Positions 7,299 through 16,552 of a stretch of 64,000 nt of DNA are shown piece after piece. Below the pieces are notes generated by a model. That model ran no database searches, had not been told where the DNA came from, and saw nothing but the letters and a program-made list of their open reading frames with translations. Source of the DNA: Coriobacteriia bacterium (GTDB lineage Bacteria > Actinomycetota > Coriobacteriia > Coriobacteriales > UBA8131); the NCBI GenBank assembly GCA_009783245.1, contig WRHL01000001.1, positions 11,878 through 75,877 of the forward strand. Reading direction: 5' to 3'. Each line of letters opens with the position of its first letter. Positions within the stretch are counted from its first letter, which is position 1. The translations under genes were made by a program, and so were the position numbers.

Positions 7299-8852
7299 TC
7301 ACCCGTCCAGGTGTTTGTGGAGCAGCTCGTTGATGAGCTTGGGGTTACCCTGGCCCTTGGTGGCCTGCATCACCTGGCCCACAAAGAAGCCTATGAGGCC
7401 GGTCTTGCCACCCTGGTACTCAACCACCTTATCGGGGTTGGCAGCCAGAATCTCAGCCACAAGGGCATCAATGGCGCCGGTGTCGGAGACCTGCTTCATG
7501 CCATGCTTCTCGATGATCTGCAAGGGCGCCTCCCCTGACTCAGCCATCAGAGTCAAGACCTGCTTGGCCTGCTTGGAGGATATGTACTCCTCCAAAAGCA
7601 ACCCCGCAAGCTCCGACAGCCCCAAGGGAGTAAGGCGAACCTCAGCCAAACTGACGTCGCTAGCATTAAGATAGGCCGCTACCTCATTGAGCAGCAGGTT
7701 GGCAACCGGCTTGGCAAGCAATACGGGCCTCTCGCTCATCGCCGCATCAAAGAACGCCGCCATCGCCACATCCCCTGCCAGGCTCCCCGCCACATCAGGC
7801 GCAAGCCCAAAGGCATCTATAAAGCGGCGCTTCTTCGCATCCGGCAGCTCAGGCAGACGCGCCCGCACCTGCTGTATGAACTCATCGCTTAAGTCAAAGG
7901 GCGCCAGGTCGGGGTCGGGGAAGTAACGATAATCATCAGCCGTCTCCTTGACCCGCATGGAGAAGGTGCGCTTCTCGGCCGGCTCCCAGTGGCGGGTCTC
8001 CTGACGCACCGTACCACCGCTCTCCAGCACCTCAGCCTGCCGGCAAATCTCATAGGCCAGGCCATCATGGAGGTTCTTGAAGGAGTTCATGTTCTTGAGC
8101 TCGGTCTTGGTGCCAAACTCCTTGACCCCACGTGGACGCAGGCTCACGTTGCCATCGCAGCGCAACGAGCCCTCCTCCATGGAACAGTCACTGATACCCA
8201 GGGTGAGATAGGTCTGGCGCAGCTTCTGCAAGAAGAGGCGGGCTTCCTCGGGGGTGCGCAGATCAGGCTCGGTGACCAGCTCGATCAGCGGCGTGCCGAT
8301 GCGGTTGTAATCAACCAGCGAATAGCTCGCGCCCGATATGCGCCCGTCAGTGCCGCCCACATGGATCAGCTTACCGGCGTCCTCCTCCATATGGATACGG
8401 GTGATATTGATATGCGCAACGTAGGCGCCGGTCTGCTCGTCAAGCAGGGTAGCGCCCTCGTAGAACTGGCGTTCCTTGGCAGCGATGCCGCTCACCTCGA
8501 CATCCAGGTGGCCGCGCATACAGAAGGCGACCGGCCCCTGGGTGACCTGCAGGTTCCTGCTCATGTCGGGGTAAAAATAATTCTTACGATAAAACATGGT
8601 CTGCTTCTCGATGTCACAGTTTGTTGCCAGGCCGGCTAGCACAATGCTCTCGATGGCAGCCTTGTTGGGCACCGGCAGGGCGCCGGGCAGGCCCAGGCAG
8701 ACCGGGCAGACGTGGGTGTTGGGGGCTGCGCCAAACTCCACAGGGCAGGAGCAGAACATCTTGGAGTTGAGCGTGGTCAGCTCGGTGTGCACCTCAAGGC
8801 CTATGACGGCCTCCCAGTCGCGCAGAACACTCAGCAGGTCCTTCATCACCAC
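7299..8852 (-). CDS. gatB: Asp/Glu-tRNA(Asn/Gln) amidotransferase subunit B
   Basis: 517 aa. WEAVIGLEVHTELTT N-terminus and a C-terminal GatB/YqeY-like tail. 7-nt overlap with gatA. Confidence 0.95.
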   Translation of the reverse strand: MVMKDLLSVLRDWEAVIGLEVHTELTTLNSKMFCSCPVEFGAAPNTHVCPVCLGLPGALPVPNKAAIESIVLAGLATNCDIEKQTMFYRKNYFYPDMSRNLQVTQGPVAFCMRGHLDVEVSGIAAKERQFYEGATLLDEQTGAYVAHINITRIHMEEDAGKLIHVGGTDGRISGASYSLVDYNRIGTPLIELVTEPDLRTPEEARLFLQKLRQTYLTLGISDCSMEEGSLRCDGNVSLRPRGVKEFGTKTELKNMNSFKNLHDGLAYEICRQAEVLESGGTVRQETRHWEPAEKRTFSMRVKETADDYRYFPDPDLAPFDLSDEFIQQVRARLPELPDAKKRRFIDAFGLAPDVAGSLAGDVAMAAFFDAAMSERPVLLAKPVANLLLNEVAAYLNASDVSLAEVRLTPLGLSELAGLLLEEYISSKQAKQVLTLMAESGEAPLQIIEKHGMKQVSDTGAIDALVAEILAANPDKVVEYQGGKTGLIGFFVGQVMQATKGQGNPKLINELLHKHLDG

Positions 8853-10348
8853 TCACCTCCCCGGGCCAGCGGGGCAAGGCGGTTAAAGTCGTAGCAGCGC
8901 TCCAGGGCGGCAGCCACGCGCAGGATCTCACCATCGCGAAACTGCGGGCCTATTATCTGCACGCCCACCGGTAACCCGGAATCCGCACCAAGGCCAACCG
9001 GCAGACTCAAGGCGCCGTTGCCGGCGATATTGGTCGATACGGTGAACATGTCGGACAGGTGCATGGCAGTGGGGTCGCTGATTTCACCAAACCTGAAGGC
9101 AGCGCGGGGACTGACCAGGGTCACCAAGGCATCGACCTGTGCAAAAGCCTGCGCGTAGTCTTGGATGATGAGCGTGCGCACCTGCTGGGCGGGATAGTAA
9201 TAGGCGTCATACACACCGCTGGAGAGCAGGTAGCTGCCCAGCATGATGCGTCGCGCCGTCTCCATGCCAAAGCCATGGGCGCGGCTGCGCTCATACTGCT
9301 CGCCCATATCGCGGGCGCCCTCATGGCGATATCCATAGCGTATGCTGTCAAAGCAGCTCAGATTGCTGAAGGCCTCGCAGGGGCCAATGACGTAATAGGC
9401 AGCCATGGCAGCGGCAACATGGGGCAGCTCGATCTCAACCAGCTGCGCGCCAAGCCCCTCCAGCTTTGCCAGGGCGCCGTCCAGCGCAGCAACTACTTCT
9501 GGCTCAACCCCCTTGGCCTTAATAAAGGCGGGTACAACCCCAATGCGCATGCCTGCCACATCCTGCTCAAGCGCCTGCGAGAAGGCCGCGGGTTTCCCAT
9601 CGGGGCCTGCGGACAGGTTCTGAGAGGTACAATCCCGAGGGTCGATTCCTGCAATCACATCAAGTGTGGCGGCCACGTCGGCAACCGTCTTACCCAGGGG
9701 CCCTACCTGGTCCAGCGAGGAGCCAAAGGCCACCACACCAAAGCGCGACACCACGCCGTAGCTGGGCTTCATGCCAACAACGCCGCAGAAGCTCGCCGGT
9801 TGGCGGATGGAGCCGCCGGTGTCGCTGCCCAGGGTGACCGTAGCCATACCGGCAGCCACCGCGGCGGCGCTGCCGCCAGAGGAGCCGCCGGGAACCCGCG
9901 TAAGGTCCCAAGGGTTGTGGGTGGGCCCAAAGACCGAGGTCTCGGTGGACGAGCCAAACGCGAACTCATCCATGTTGAGCTTGCCCAGCGGGAGCGCGCC
10001 CGCCTCAAGCGACTTGGCAACACAGGTCGCCGTGTAAGGGGACACGTAACTCTCCAGCATGCGGGAAGCGCAGGTGGTGTGGGTGCCCTGCAGGTTCATG
10101 TTGTCTTTAAAAGCCATGGGCACACCGGCTAGAGGGCCCAACACCCCACCGGCCGCGCGCGCGGCATCCACTGCATCAGCCGCCTGAAAGGCCAACTCAG
10201 GGGTCTGCTCCAGAAAGGCGTGCACCTGAGGTTCACGCTGTGCAATAGCATCAAAGGCAGCCTGCGCCACCTCGCGCGCGGAGAACTCACCCGTGGCAAT
10301 GCCAGCCCGGATCTCTGCAACACTGCAAGAAGACAGGTCCCTCATCAC
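8846..10348 (-). CDS. gatA: Glutamyl-tRNA(Gln) amidotransferase subunit A
   Basis: 500 aa. Amidase signature GGSSGGSAAAVAAG. 4-nt overlap with gatC. Confidence 0.95.
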   Translation of the reverse strand: MMRDLSSCSVAEIRAGIATGEFSAREVAQAAFDAIAQREPQVHAFLEQTPELAFQAADAVDAARAAGGVLGPLAGVPMAFKDNMNLQGTHTTCASRMLESYVSPYTATCVAKSLEAGALPLGKLNMDEFAFGSSTETSVFGPTHNPWDLTRVPGGSSGGSAAAVAAGMATVTLGSDTGGSIRQPASFCGVVGMKPSYGVVSRFGVVAFGSSLDQVGPLGKTVADVAATLDVIAGIDPRDCTSQNLSAGPDGKPAAFSQALEQDVAGMRIGVVPAFIKAKGVEPEVVAALDGALAKLEGLGAQLVEIELPHVAAAMAAYYVIGPCEAFSNLSCFDSIRYGYRHEGARDMGEQYERSRAHGFGMETARRIMLGSYLLSSGVYDAYYYPAQQVRTLIIQDYAQAFAQVDALVTLVSPRAAFRFGEISDPTAMHLSDMFTVSTNIAGNGALSLPVGLGADSGLPVGVQIIGPQFRDGEILRVAAALERCYDFNRLAPLARGGEW

Positions 10349-10647
10349 TCACCACCGCCAGCCAGTATGGGCGGGATGAGGAACTGCCCGTTCTTATGAG
10401 CCGCCGCATTCGCCAGGGCCTCCTCCTGAGACAGGCCCGGCTTTGCCACGTCATCGCGCATGACGTTGACAAGACCTGCAAGCGGGTGGAATGTGGGCTC
10501 CACACCCTGTAGGTCGAACTCGGTAATGGGCTTGAGCCCTTCGATGATGTTGTTAAGGTCGACGGTCACAGCAGCAACCTCCTCATCGGGCAGGCCGATG
10601 CGGGTGTAGGCCGCGATGTCACGCACGTCCTTCTCGGACAGATACAT
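10345..10647 (-). CDS. gatC: Asp/Glu-tRNA amidotransferase subunit C
   Basis: MYLSEKDVRDIAAYTRIGL... 100 aa from ATG 10647, which has AAGGAG just upstream. The listed ORF start at 10698 adds 17 unlikely residues. Confidence 0.85.
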   Translation of the reverse strand: MYLSEKDVRDIAAYTRIGLPDEEVAAVTVDLNNIIEGLKPITEFDLQGVEPTFHPLAGLVNVMRDDVAKPGLSQEEALANAAAHKNGQFLIPPILAGGGE

Positions 10648-10915
10648 ACTTCTCCTTATATACCGCAGAGCAGAGTCCAAGACTGAGCCTGGAACCATGC
10701 GCTCTCGCGCCTGTTTACTTGACGCCTTGCTATTGTAGCGGTTGAGGGTTCGCTAACAAAGGTGGATAGCCAAAAGAACAAACGTGCTGACAGGCACAGA
10801 CAAGCAACATGCAGCTAACGCGTAGTCAACACGCGACTACCCAGGCGGTTTCAATTGACGCTGTTCTCGCAAGGATGCTAGACTGTAGCCGCAATGGGAA
10901 GCAGAAAGAAAGGAT

Positions 10916-11521
10916 GTGGTCACATTGAAAACTGGGTACTTCAAGGCGATTCTTCTGGTACTGCTCACGCTTGCCCTCTCCATAACCCTGTTTGGGTGTG
11001 GAGGAGGGGGAGGGTCATCGCAGGGCTCCACTCCGCCACCAGAAGAGAAGAAAGATGCGGAAGACAATGGAGAAGAGGGAGAGGACGCTCCTTCACAAGG
11101 TGAGGAGCAGAAGACTCCCGAGGCGACAACGCCGGCACCACCAGCCGCGCCTGTTGAGCCGACGCTTGGCAGCATGGTGAAATTCGACAGACTTGAAATC
11201 ACGTTCGACTCCGAGTACACCACTACCACAACAGCAGCCGGTGATACCGTCATTGTGGTTGGGGTGGTTGTCAAGAATGCTGCAACCGACCAGAAATCGC
11301 TGAGGATGGAATATGTGTCGCTCTATAAAGGAGGCTTAGAGCTGCCTGACCTGAGGGATGAGTTCCCCGATGATGACGTGGCCTTTGGTGGCAACCTCGC
11401 TCCGGGAGAGAGTTACGAGGCGAGCTTCCATCTGCTGTATGATGGCAACGCAGACTACTTCATCAAGATGGCGATATCTTGGGGCGATAACGTCGAGGTG
11501 AAGGTTCCAGTCAATCTCTAG
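10916..11521 (+). CDS. Lipoprotein with Gly/Glu-rich linker and beta-rich C-terminal domain (DUF4352-like by recollection)
   Basis: Signal peptide ending in lipobox LFGC, then GGGGGSSQG. Listed GTG start at 10916; TTG at 10925 is an alternative. Confidence 0.55.
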   Translation: MVTLKTGYFKAILLVLLTLALSITLFGCGGGGGSSQGSTPPPEEKKDAEDNGEEGEDAPSQGEEQKTPEATTPAPPAAPVEPTLGSMVKFDRLEITFDSEYTTTTTAAGDTVIVVGVVVKNAATDQKSLRMEYVSLYKGGLELPDLRDEFPDDDVAFGGNLAPGESYEASFHLLYDGNADYFIKMAISWGDNVEVKVPVNL

Positions 11522-11540
11522 TCCACTCGCAAAAGCTCAG

Positions 11541-11588
11541 AAACAAACAGGCGGTACAGACCAAGACAGGTCAACCGCCTGTTTGTTT
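11541..11588 (+). terminator. Hairpin terminator after lipoprotein gene
   Basis: aaacaaacaggcgg (11541-11554) pairs with ccgcctgtttgttt (11575-11588). 14-bp stem, 20-nt loop, T-rich 3' arm. Confidence 0.5.
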
Positions 11589-11669
11589 ACTGTCTTTACT
11601 GTCTACCATAAGCAGCTCTCTTGTCTGCTTTTCTATAGATAAAAGAAAAGGGTATAATCTCCTGGGCAA

Positions 11670-12380
11670 ATGGAGGAAAGAAGGGAAGCTATGGATAACG
11701 CTCTAAGGGATACGTTAGACAGCGGGATCGACAAGGGGAAAGCGTCTTCAAAGAGGAATAGGTGGCTGGTTCTTGGGCTTGTCTTTTCTGTCTTTGTGGT
11801 CCTGTTCCTTGTGGTTGGATGTGCACCCAAGGCAGCCTCTCCACCAAGTAGTACAGAGGAAGATGAGGATCCCATTGTTGTGGATGTGGTCTGGTCTGAG
11901 GCTTCCGATTGTGTCAGCTGCCATTTGACAGAAGCAAAATCCTCAACAGACAGCTCCTATGGCTGCTATGTCCACTTCCAGGAAGGCGAGAGTTGCCTGT
12001 CCTGCCACACCAATGCTGGATCCGCCTTGGTGAAAGTACATGAGGGATATGCAACAGGAAAAGTGCCTACGCAGCTTACAAAGACAAAGGATTCGATGAA
12101 TGAGGCTCTCTGCCTTACCAGCGGCTGCCACGTCAAGAGCGATAACATCGAAGCGACAAAAGACTCGACTGTCCTGACTGACCTCTCGGGCAGAGTCCAG
12201 AACCCGCACGACCTGCCGGTTCACAGCGATCATACCAATATGATCAATTGTCTCAGCTGCCATGTCATGCACCAGCCACTCCAGCTTGAAGTGTCGGCTA
12301 GGTTGGTGTGTATCGGATGCCATCATCAAAACGAGTTCGAATGCTTCACCTGTCATGAGAGCGCTGACGGGCCTGAATAG
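11670..12380 (+). CDS. Membrane/lipid-anchored multihaem cytochrome c (paralogue A)
   Basis: TM/lipobox segment (VVGCAPKAA). Five CxxCH motifs (CVSCH, CLSCH, CLSCH, CIGCH, CFTCH) plus one CX4CH (CLTSGCH). TATAAT at 11653-11658; ATG 11691 is an alternative start. Confidence 0.8.
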   Translation: MEERREAMDNALRDTLDSGIDKGKASSKRNRWLVLGLVFSVFVVLFLVVGCAPKAASPPSSTEEDEDPIVVDVVWSEASDCVSCHLTEAKSSTDSSYGCYVHFQEGESCLSCHTNAGSALVKVHEGYATGKVPTQLTKTKDSMNEALCLTSGCHVKSDNIEATKDSTVLTDLSGRVQNPHDLPVHSDHTNMINCLSCHVMHQPLQLEVSARLVCIGCHHQNEFECFTCHESADGPE

Positions 12381-12397
12381 ACTCTGATATACACAAA

Positions 12398-12455
12398 GAA
12401 TCACCTTCCTTTACCTGGCGCTCTGGATGATTGCCTGGTAAATGGAAGGTGATTC
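12398..12455. terminator. Long hairpin between convergent cytochrome c and acidic-protein genes
   Basis: gaatcaccttcctttacc ... ggtaaatggaaggtgattc. About 18-bp stem with one bulge, placed between stops at 12378-12380 and 12474-12476. Confidence 0.5.
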
Positions 12456-12473
12456 TCTTTCTAACGCTTGATC

Positions 12474-13952
12474 CTACCAGTTCTCTGGCTTGTGCTGTAA
12501 TTCTATGGTGACCTCTGCATTCTCGGTCAGCGTCATATCATGCTTGTACGTGTAATAGTCTATGGCGCTGATAAGCATGGATACCTCTCCTCCTCTGGAA
12601 GGGACTACAGCCAGTCCTGAGGAGTCGCATTTCGCGCGTGCTGGGTGGATCCTGGCCACAGCCCTGACCGGTTCTTTGGTGTCCAGGTCGATAACGGTCA
12701 CGCTGACAGAGAATTCCGGTTTCTGGTGTACCGAGATGGTGAATTCCTTTGAATAGCGTGCGTGCATGAGATAGGGTTCTTCTTCAGCCAGCTCCTGCTG
12801 TTCATCTTCTGCTGGTTCAGCCAGATCCTCTATCTGCCCATCGAGCAGTTCGCCTTCTTGCCCTTCAGACAGTTCGCCTGCCTGCTCTGGTTGGCCTTCC
12901 TGCTGATCGATAGGCTCCTCTGCTTCTTTGGGAGGTTCTCCCGTCAGTTCAAGTTGGTCTTCCTGTGGCTCAGGCAGCTCTCCTGCAAGTTCAGGCTGTT
13001 CCTCTGCTTGCTCAAGCTGCCCTTCTGTCTCATCAGGCTCGATCACCAGCTCCTCGGAGAGCCCATCCAATTGCACCGTGTATTTATATGTGCCTATCTC
13101 TGTTGGAACCGGAATGGTCATCTCCGCCCAATACAGTGCGTCGCTTCCCGGCCAAAGCCCTTCGCCGAGCTCGGCATCGGCTACACTGGCGCCTTCGCTG
13201 TCTAAGACAGTCAGCTTTCCTCCTACAAGAGAACAGAAATTAACGCACTCGGCGCCAACCTTGAAACTTACCTGCCCGCTATCCACATAGAGGGTTGGAA
13301 TCCCCCAGATGTTGAGGCCAAGGGCATGGGGGTAATAATCATAGGTGAAGGTGGTCTCTATCTCTCCATGGCTCCCCTTTGGCCCCACATGGGCGAAATA
13401 AGCATTCCAGGTATAGGTTCCTGGCTTCTTCCCTGTCTTCAGCAGGAATTCTTCTGACGAGTTCCCTATCCCACCGTAGTTGGTCAGTTCGACCATGGTC
13501 TCCACGCCCGTCTCATTGCATATGATGAATACCGGCATATCGGTCATCCTGCATGATTTATGGCAGCGGACGTGGGCGGTGCAGGTCAGCTCGACACCAT
13601 CGTCTGTCAGCCGTTGTTTGATGCGATGGATGAAGAAGGTCGTGGTATGCCCGGGAGTGACAGGAGGGAACTCCTCCTCTTCTTCCTCCTCTTCTTCGCC
13701 TTCCTCTTCTTCTTCGGAGTCTTCGCCTTCCTCGCCCTCCTCGCCTTCATGTCCCTCGTCAGGCTCTTTGGCTTCTGGCGTATCGTCCTCCAATGATTCT
13801 TCCCCAAGCCCGGGCTCAGCCCCAGGCTCTTCGTCTTCTGTCAAAGTGGGTTCTGAAGCTAGCTCTTGCACAGAGACGTCTCCCGCTTCTCCCTCAGGCT
13901 CTGTTTGGGATTCGTCTGTGTCTGCTGAACTCAGCTGTTCGTCTACTTCCAT
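12474..13952 (-). CDS. Hypothetical, extremely acidic protein with Ig-like/beta-sandwich modules and a carboxypeptidase-regulatory-like C-terminal domain; no signal peptide
   Basis: 492 aa from ATG 13952 (AAGGAG 6 nt upstream; the listed GTG 13979 is less likely). Contains the E-run EEEEGEEEEEEEEE and E/Q/P-rich repeats (QLEQAEEQPELAGELPEPQEDQLELTGEPP). No TM helix, no Tat or Sec signal. Confidence 0.6.
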   Translation of the reverse strand: MEVDEQLSSADTDESQTEPEGEAGDVSVQELASEPTLTEDEEPGAEPGLGEESLEDDTPEAKEPDEGHEGEEGEEGEDSEEEEEGEEEEEEEEEFPPVTPGHTTTFFIHRIKQRLTDDGVELTCTAHVRCHKSCRMTDMPVFIICNETGVETMVELTNYGGIGNSSEEFLLKTGKKPGTYTWNAYFAHVGPKGSHGEIETTFTYDYYPHALGLNIWGIPTLYVDSGQVSFKVGAECVNFCSLVGGKLTVLDSEGASVADAELGEGLWPGSDALYWAEMTIPVPTEIGTYKYTVQLDGLSEELVIEPDETEGQLEQAEEQPELAGELPEPQEDQLELTGEPPKEAEEPIDQQEGQPEQAGELSEGQEGELLDGQIEDLAEPAEDEQQELAEEEPYLMHARYSKEFTISVHQKPEFSVSVTVIDLDTKEPVRAVARIHPARAKCDSSGLAVVPSRGGEVSMLISAIDYYTYKHDMTLTENAEVTIELQHKPENW

Positions 13953-13980
13953 TGATACTCCTTGTACGTCATCACGCACG

Positions 13981-14004
13981 AGCGGGGCCGGTAGGCCCCA
14001 CTCG
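13981..14004 (-). other. GC-rich 10-bp hairpin between cytochrome c (B) and the acidic-protein gene
   Basis: Minus-strand RNA gaguggggcc-uacc-ggccccgcuc (one G-U pair), with no U-run after it. Possible processing or stability element rather than a terminator. Confidence 0.35.
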
Positions 14005-14059
14005 CAGCTTCATAACTATCAATTCGCCTAACATAACGTAACGTCACGTGGTCAAGAGC

Positions 14060-14716
14060 CTACATCCTTTGAACGTGGCAATAATCCTGGCACTTGAACA
14101 CCTCGTCGTGATGGCATTCGCCTGCACAGAAAGCATACGCGCTTTCCTGGATGGTTGTCTCCACGTGCATGGTGTGACATTTGATACAGGTAACGTTATA
14201 AGGGCTGTCGTGGAACTTGTTCGAGGGATAGTCATGAGGGTTGGCCACGTTGCCTTCCTTGTCCGTCAGTACAACAGAAGCCGCAGTCTTTCCCGCAAGC
14301 TCGGACTTGACATGACAACCGGAGGTCAGACAGGTGTCCTCATATATATCTGTCTTCATGAGCCGGATCGGTGTCTTTGATGCACTGGTCTTTCCAGCAT
14401 GTAGGCCGGAAATCTCAGCGGGATCATGACAGTCCACACACCGGTTGCCCTGTTCGGTGATATGGGTGGCGGATCCGGTCTCCAATGACAGGTTTCCCTC
14501 TTTCTTGTGGCAGACTACACAGTTGGCTTCGGGCGACCAGGTGAAATCCTCGGCATATTGATCCTCGGCATCATCTGGATCCTCCGCAACACTGCCACCA
14601 CCAGTACCACTACTACCAGCAGCTTTGGGAGCACAGCCCCAAATCACGAGCGTAAACAGTAAAAAGCAAGCAAAGATAACAATGAACTGCTTTTTTATCG
14701 GTAGCCTCATCCTCAT
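14060..14716 (-). CDS. Membrane/lipid-anchored multihaem cytochrome c (paralogue B), Cgr1-like partner of the upstream flavoprotein
   Basis: 218 aa from ATG 14716 (or 14710), starting after the flavoprotein stop at 14734. Lipobox VIWGCAPKAA. Haem motifs: CVVCH, CVDCH, CIKCH (CxxCH), CLTSGCH (CX4CH), CAGECH and CQDYCH (CX3CH). The listed ORF start at 14929 overlaps the upstream gene. Confidence 0.8.
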   Translation of the reverse strand: MRMRLPIKKQFIVIFACFLLFTLVIWGCAPKAAGSSGTGGGSVAEDPDDAEDQYAEDFTWSPEANCVVCHKKEGNLSLETGSATHITEQGNRCVDCHDPAEISGLHAGKTSASKTPIRLMKTDIYEDTCLTSGCHVKSELAGKTAASVVLTDKEGNVANPHDYPSNKFHDSPYNVTCIKCHTMHVETTIQESAYAFCAGECHHDEVFKCQDYCHVQRM

Positions 14717-14733
14717 TGCTTCCTTATCTTGTT

Positions 14734-16476
14734 TTACTCTTCCGCGGCTATTACCAGACCAGCGATACGGCCAAAGACGGTTGGCTTGGCGATACCGATA
14801 AGGTCCATACCACCAGTAGCCTCGCCAGCGCCATAGAGACCGGGAATGGGGTTGCCCTTCCAGTCCAGGATCTGGGCCTTGCCGTTCATGGCAGCGCCAC
14901 CAAGTGTGTTGTGCTTCTGGATGCCCCACTTAACCAGGTGGAAGGGAGGCGTTGAGATGGTGCGGTCCAGGCCTCTCTTCTCGTAGTCAAGGTCAGCGCC
15001 GCCTTCAACCAGCTCATTGTAGCGCGCGACTGCAGCAGCTACATTGCCTGAGTTCAGGCCAGCTGCGGTTGCAGCAGCCTCAACGGTGTCGGCCGAGAAG
15101 ACCATGCCTTCGAGGTTCCTGACGCCATAGGCGCCGTCAGGACCAGAGGACAGATCGAGTTCCTGCTCTGCACGGGTTTCCTCATCGAAGACGATCCAGA
15201 CGATCGGGCCGTCTTTGTCACCAGTCTGCTCTCCGGCGATCTGTGCGAAATAGAAGGGCTTGCAGCCAGGCAGCCAGGCAGGATTGTCCTCGCCGATCTG
15301 CTCGTTCATGAAGCGCTTGCCCTCAGCGTTGACATAGATGCAGTTGGTGTCATCGACCTCTGCTATGCCGCGCGCACCAAACGGTGGGCTGACGCTGTGC
15401 CAGATGGTGCCGGGATGGCGATGCCAGCCGTGCCAGTCATTACCGCGGTCGGTAGACATGGCGGCGCCGATCTCAAATGCCTCTGCAACGCCGTTTCCGT
15501 CATTGTTGACCAGGGGTTCACCGCTGAAGTGAGGATAGCTGACCAGGTAGGGGGCGAGGAATTGCTTGAGTGCAGGGTTGCAGTTCCAGGAACCGGTGCC
15601 CAGGAAGACTGCCTTGTTGGCCTTCAGTTTGATGACCTTGTCGCCCTCAGCCAGAAGCTCGGCCTCGACGCCGATGACGCGGCCTTCACGCCTGCCGTCT
15701 TCACGGATGATCTTGACCATCTTGGTCTCGGTCATGAGCTCAGCGCCATTGGCGATAGCGGTGTCATAGACTGGCCAATAGATACCTGCTCCACCAGCTA
15801 CCCAGTCTCCCTCTTTCCAGTTGGGACGGTCAACAGGGCTTGCGGTTGTGGTGGTGAAGGCACGTGAGCCACGATACACGTTGGCATACGGCGAGACGTT
15901 TGCCCTGATGAACTTGGCTCCCATTTTATCCAGCCAGTTCCAGCAGGTCAGACTCTCTTTTGCGAAGGCTTCTGCAACACCTGCATAGTCATCGCAACCT
16001 GAGATCTTACGCCACTGAGGCATGGTGTGACGGACGCCATTGACGAGTTCGATGGTCATCTCACGGCCGTCGTCGCGCAGGGTGTTCTCCCTACGGTCTT
16101 GGATGATGATGGCCTCAGACTCCTCGAATCCACCCTCGATCTGCATACGGGTACCGCCGCCGACACCGAAGTTTCCGCCGGCCTGAACGCCCTTGCCACC
16201 GATCCACTTGGCAGATTCGATCATGATTACACTACAACCACCCTCTGCTGCCGCAGCTGCGCAGCAAAGTCCAGCAGGACCGGTTCCGCAAACGATGATG
16301 TCTGCCTCATAGTCCCATGCTTCGCCTTCTTCTTTGGGGGTTTCCTTGGGTGCTTCGGCAGCTGGCTTGTCGTTGGTACAACCAGCCAGACCGGCAGCTG
16401 CTATGCCGGCCGCAGCGCCTGCTCCGAATAGGAACGAACGCCTTGACATGCCCTTTTCTAGTAGTTCTTTAGCCAT
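14734..16476 (-). CDS. Tat-exported, lipobox-bearing FAD-dependent reductase (fumarate reductase / FAD_binding_2 family, Cgr2-like architecture)
   Basis: Twin-arginine signal MSRRSFLFGAGAAAGIAAAGLAGC. Dinucleotide fold DIIVCGTGPAGLCCAAAAAEGG. C-terminal GLYGAGEATGG typical of this flavoprotein family. Confidence 0.85.
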   Translation of the reverse strand: MAKELLEKGMSRRSFLFGAGAAAGIAAAGLAGCTNDKPAAEAPKETPKEEGEAWDYEADIIVCGTGPAGLCCAAAAAEGGCSVIMIESAKWIGGKGVQAGGNFGVGGGTRMQIEGGFEESEAIIIQDRRENTLRDDGREMTIELVNGVRHTMPQWRKISGCDDYAGVAEAFAKESLTCWNWLDKMGAKFIRANVSPYANVYRGSRAFTTTTASPVDRPNWKEGDWVAGGAGIYWPVYDTAIANGAELMTETKMVKIIREDGRREGRVIGVEAELLAEGDKVIKLKANKAVFLGTGSWNCNPALKQFLAPYLVSYPHFSGEPLVNNDGNGVAEAFEIGAAMSTDRGNDWHGWHRHPGTIWHSVSPPFGARGIAEVDDTNCIYVNAEGKRFMNEQIGEDNPAWLPGCKPFYFAQIAGEQTGDKDGPIVWIVFDEETRAEQELDLSSGPDGAYGVRNLEGMVFSADTVEAAATAAGLNSGNVAAAVARYNELVEGGADLDYEKRGLDRTISTPPFHLVKWGIQKHNTLGGAAMNGKAQILDWKGNPIPGLYGAGEATGGMDLIGIAKPTVFGRIAGLVIAAEE

Positions 16477-16543
16477 ATAGTCCTCCTTCTCCCATGACGA
16501 AAGCCGAGAAAACCAATTTTTTCCCCGGCCACACTAATGTTGC

Positions 16544-16552
16544 AGTATACCA
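16544..16552 (-). promoter_or_regulatory. Candidate extended -10 promoter (TGGTATACT) of the reductase operon
   Basis: The minus strand reads tggtatact about 68 nt upstream of ATG 16476, inside a visibly AT-richer 314-bp spacer. No good -35. Confidence 0.35.

Noticed and set aside
12762-14041. Plus-strand ORFs inside the acidic-protein gene (12762-13205, 12928-13290, 13480-14031, 13793-14041)
   Set aside because: These are Ser/Leu/Phe-rich complements of GAA/GAG-rich coding repeats, with no starts that have an RBS.
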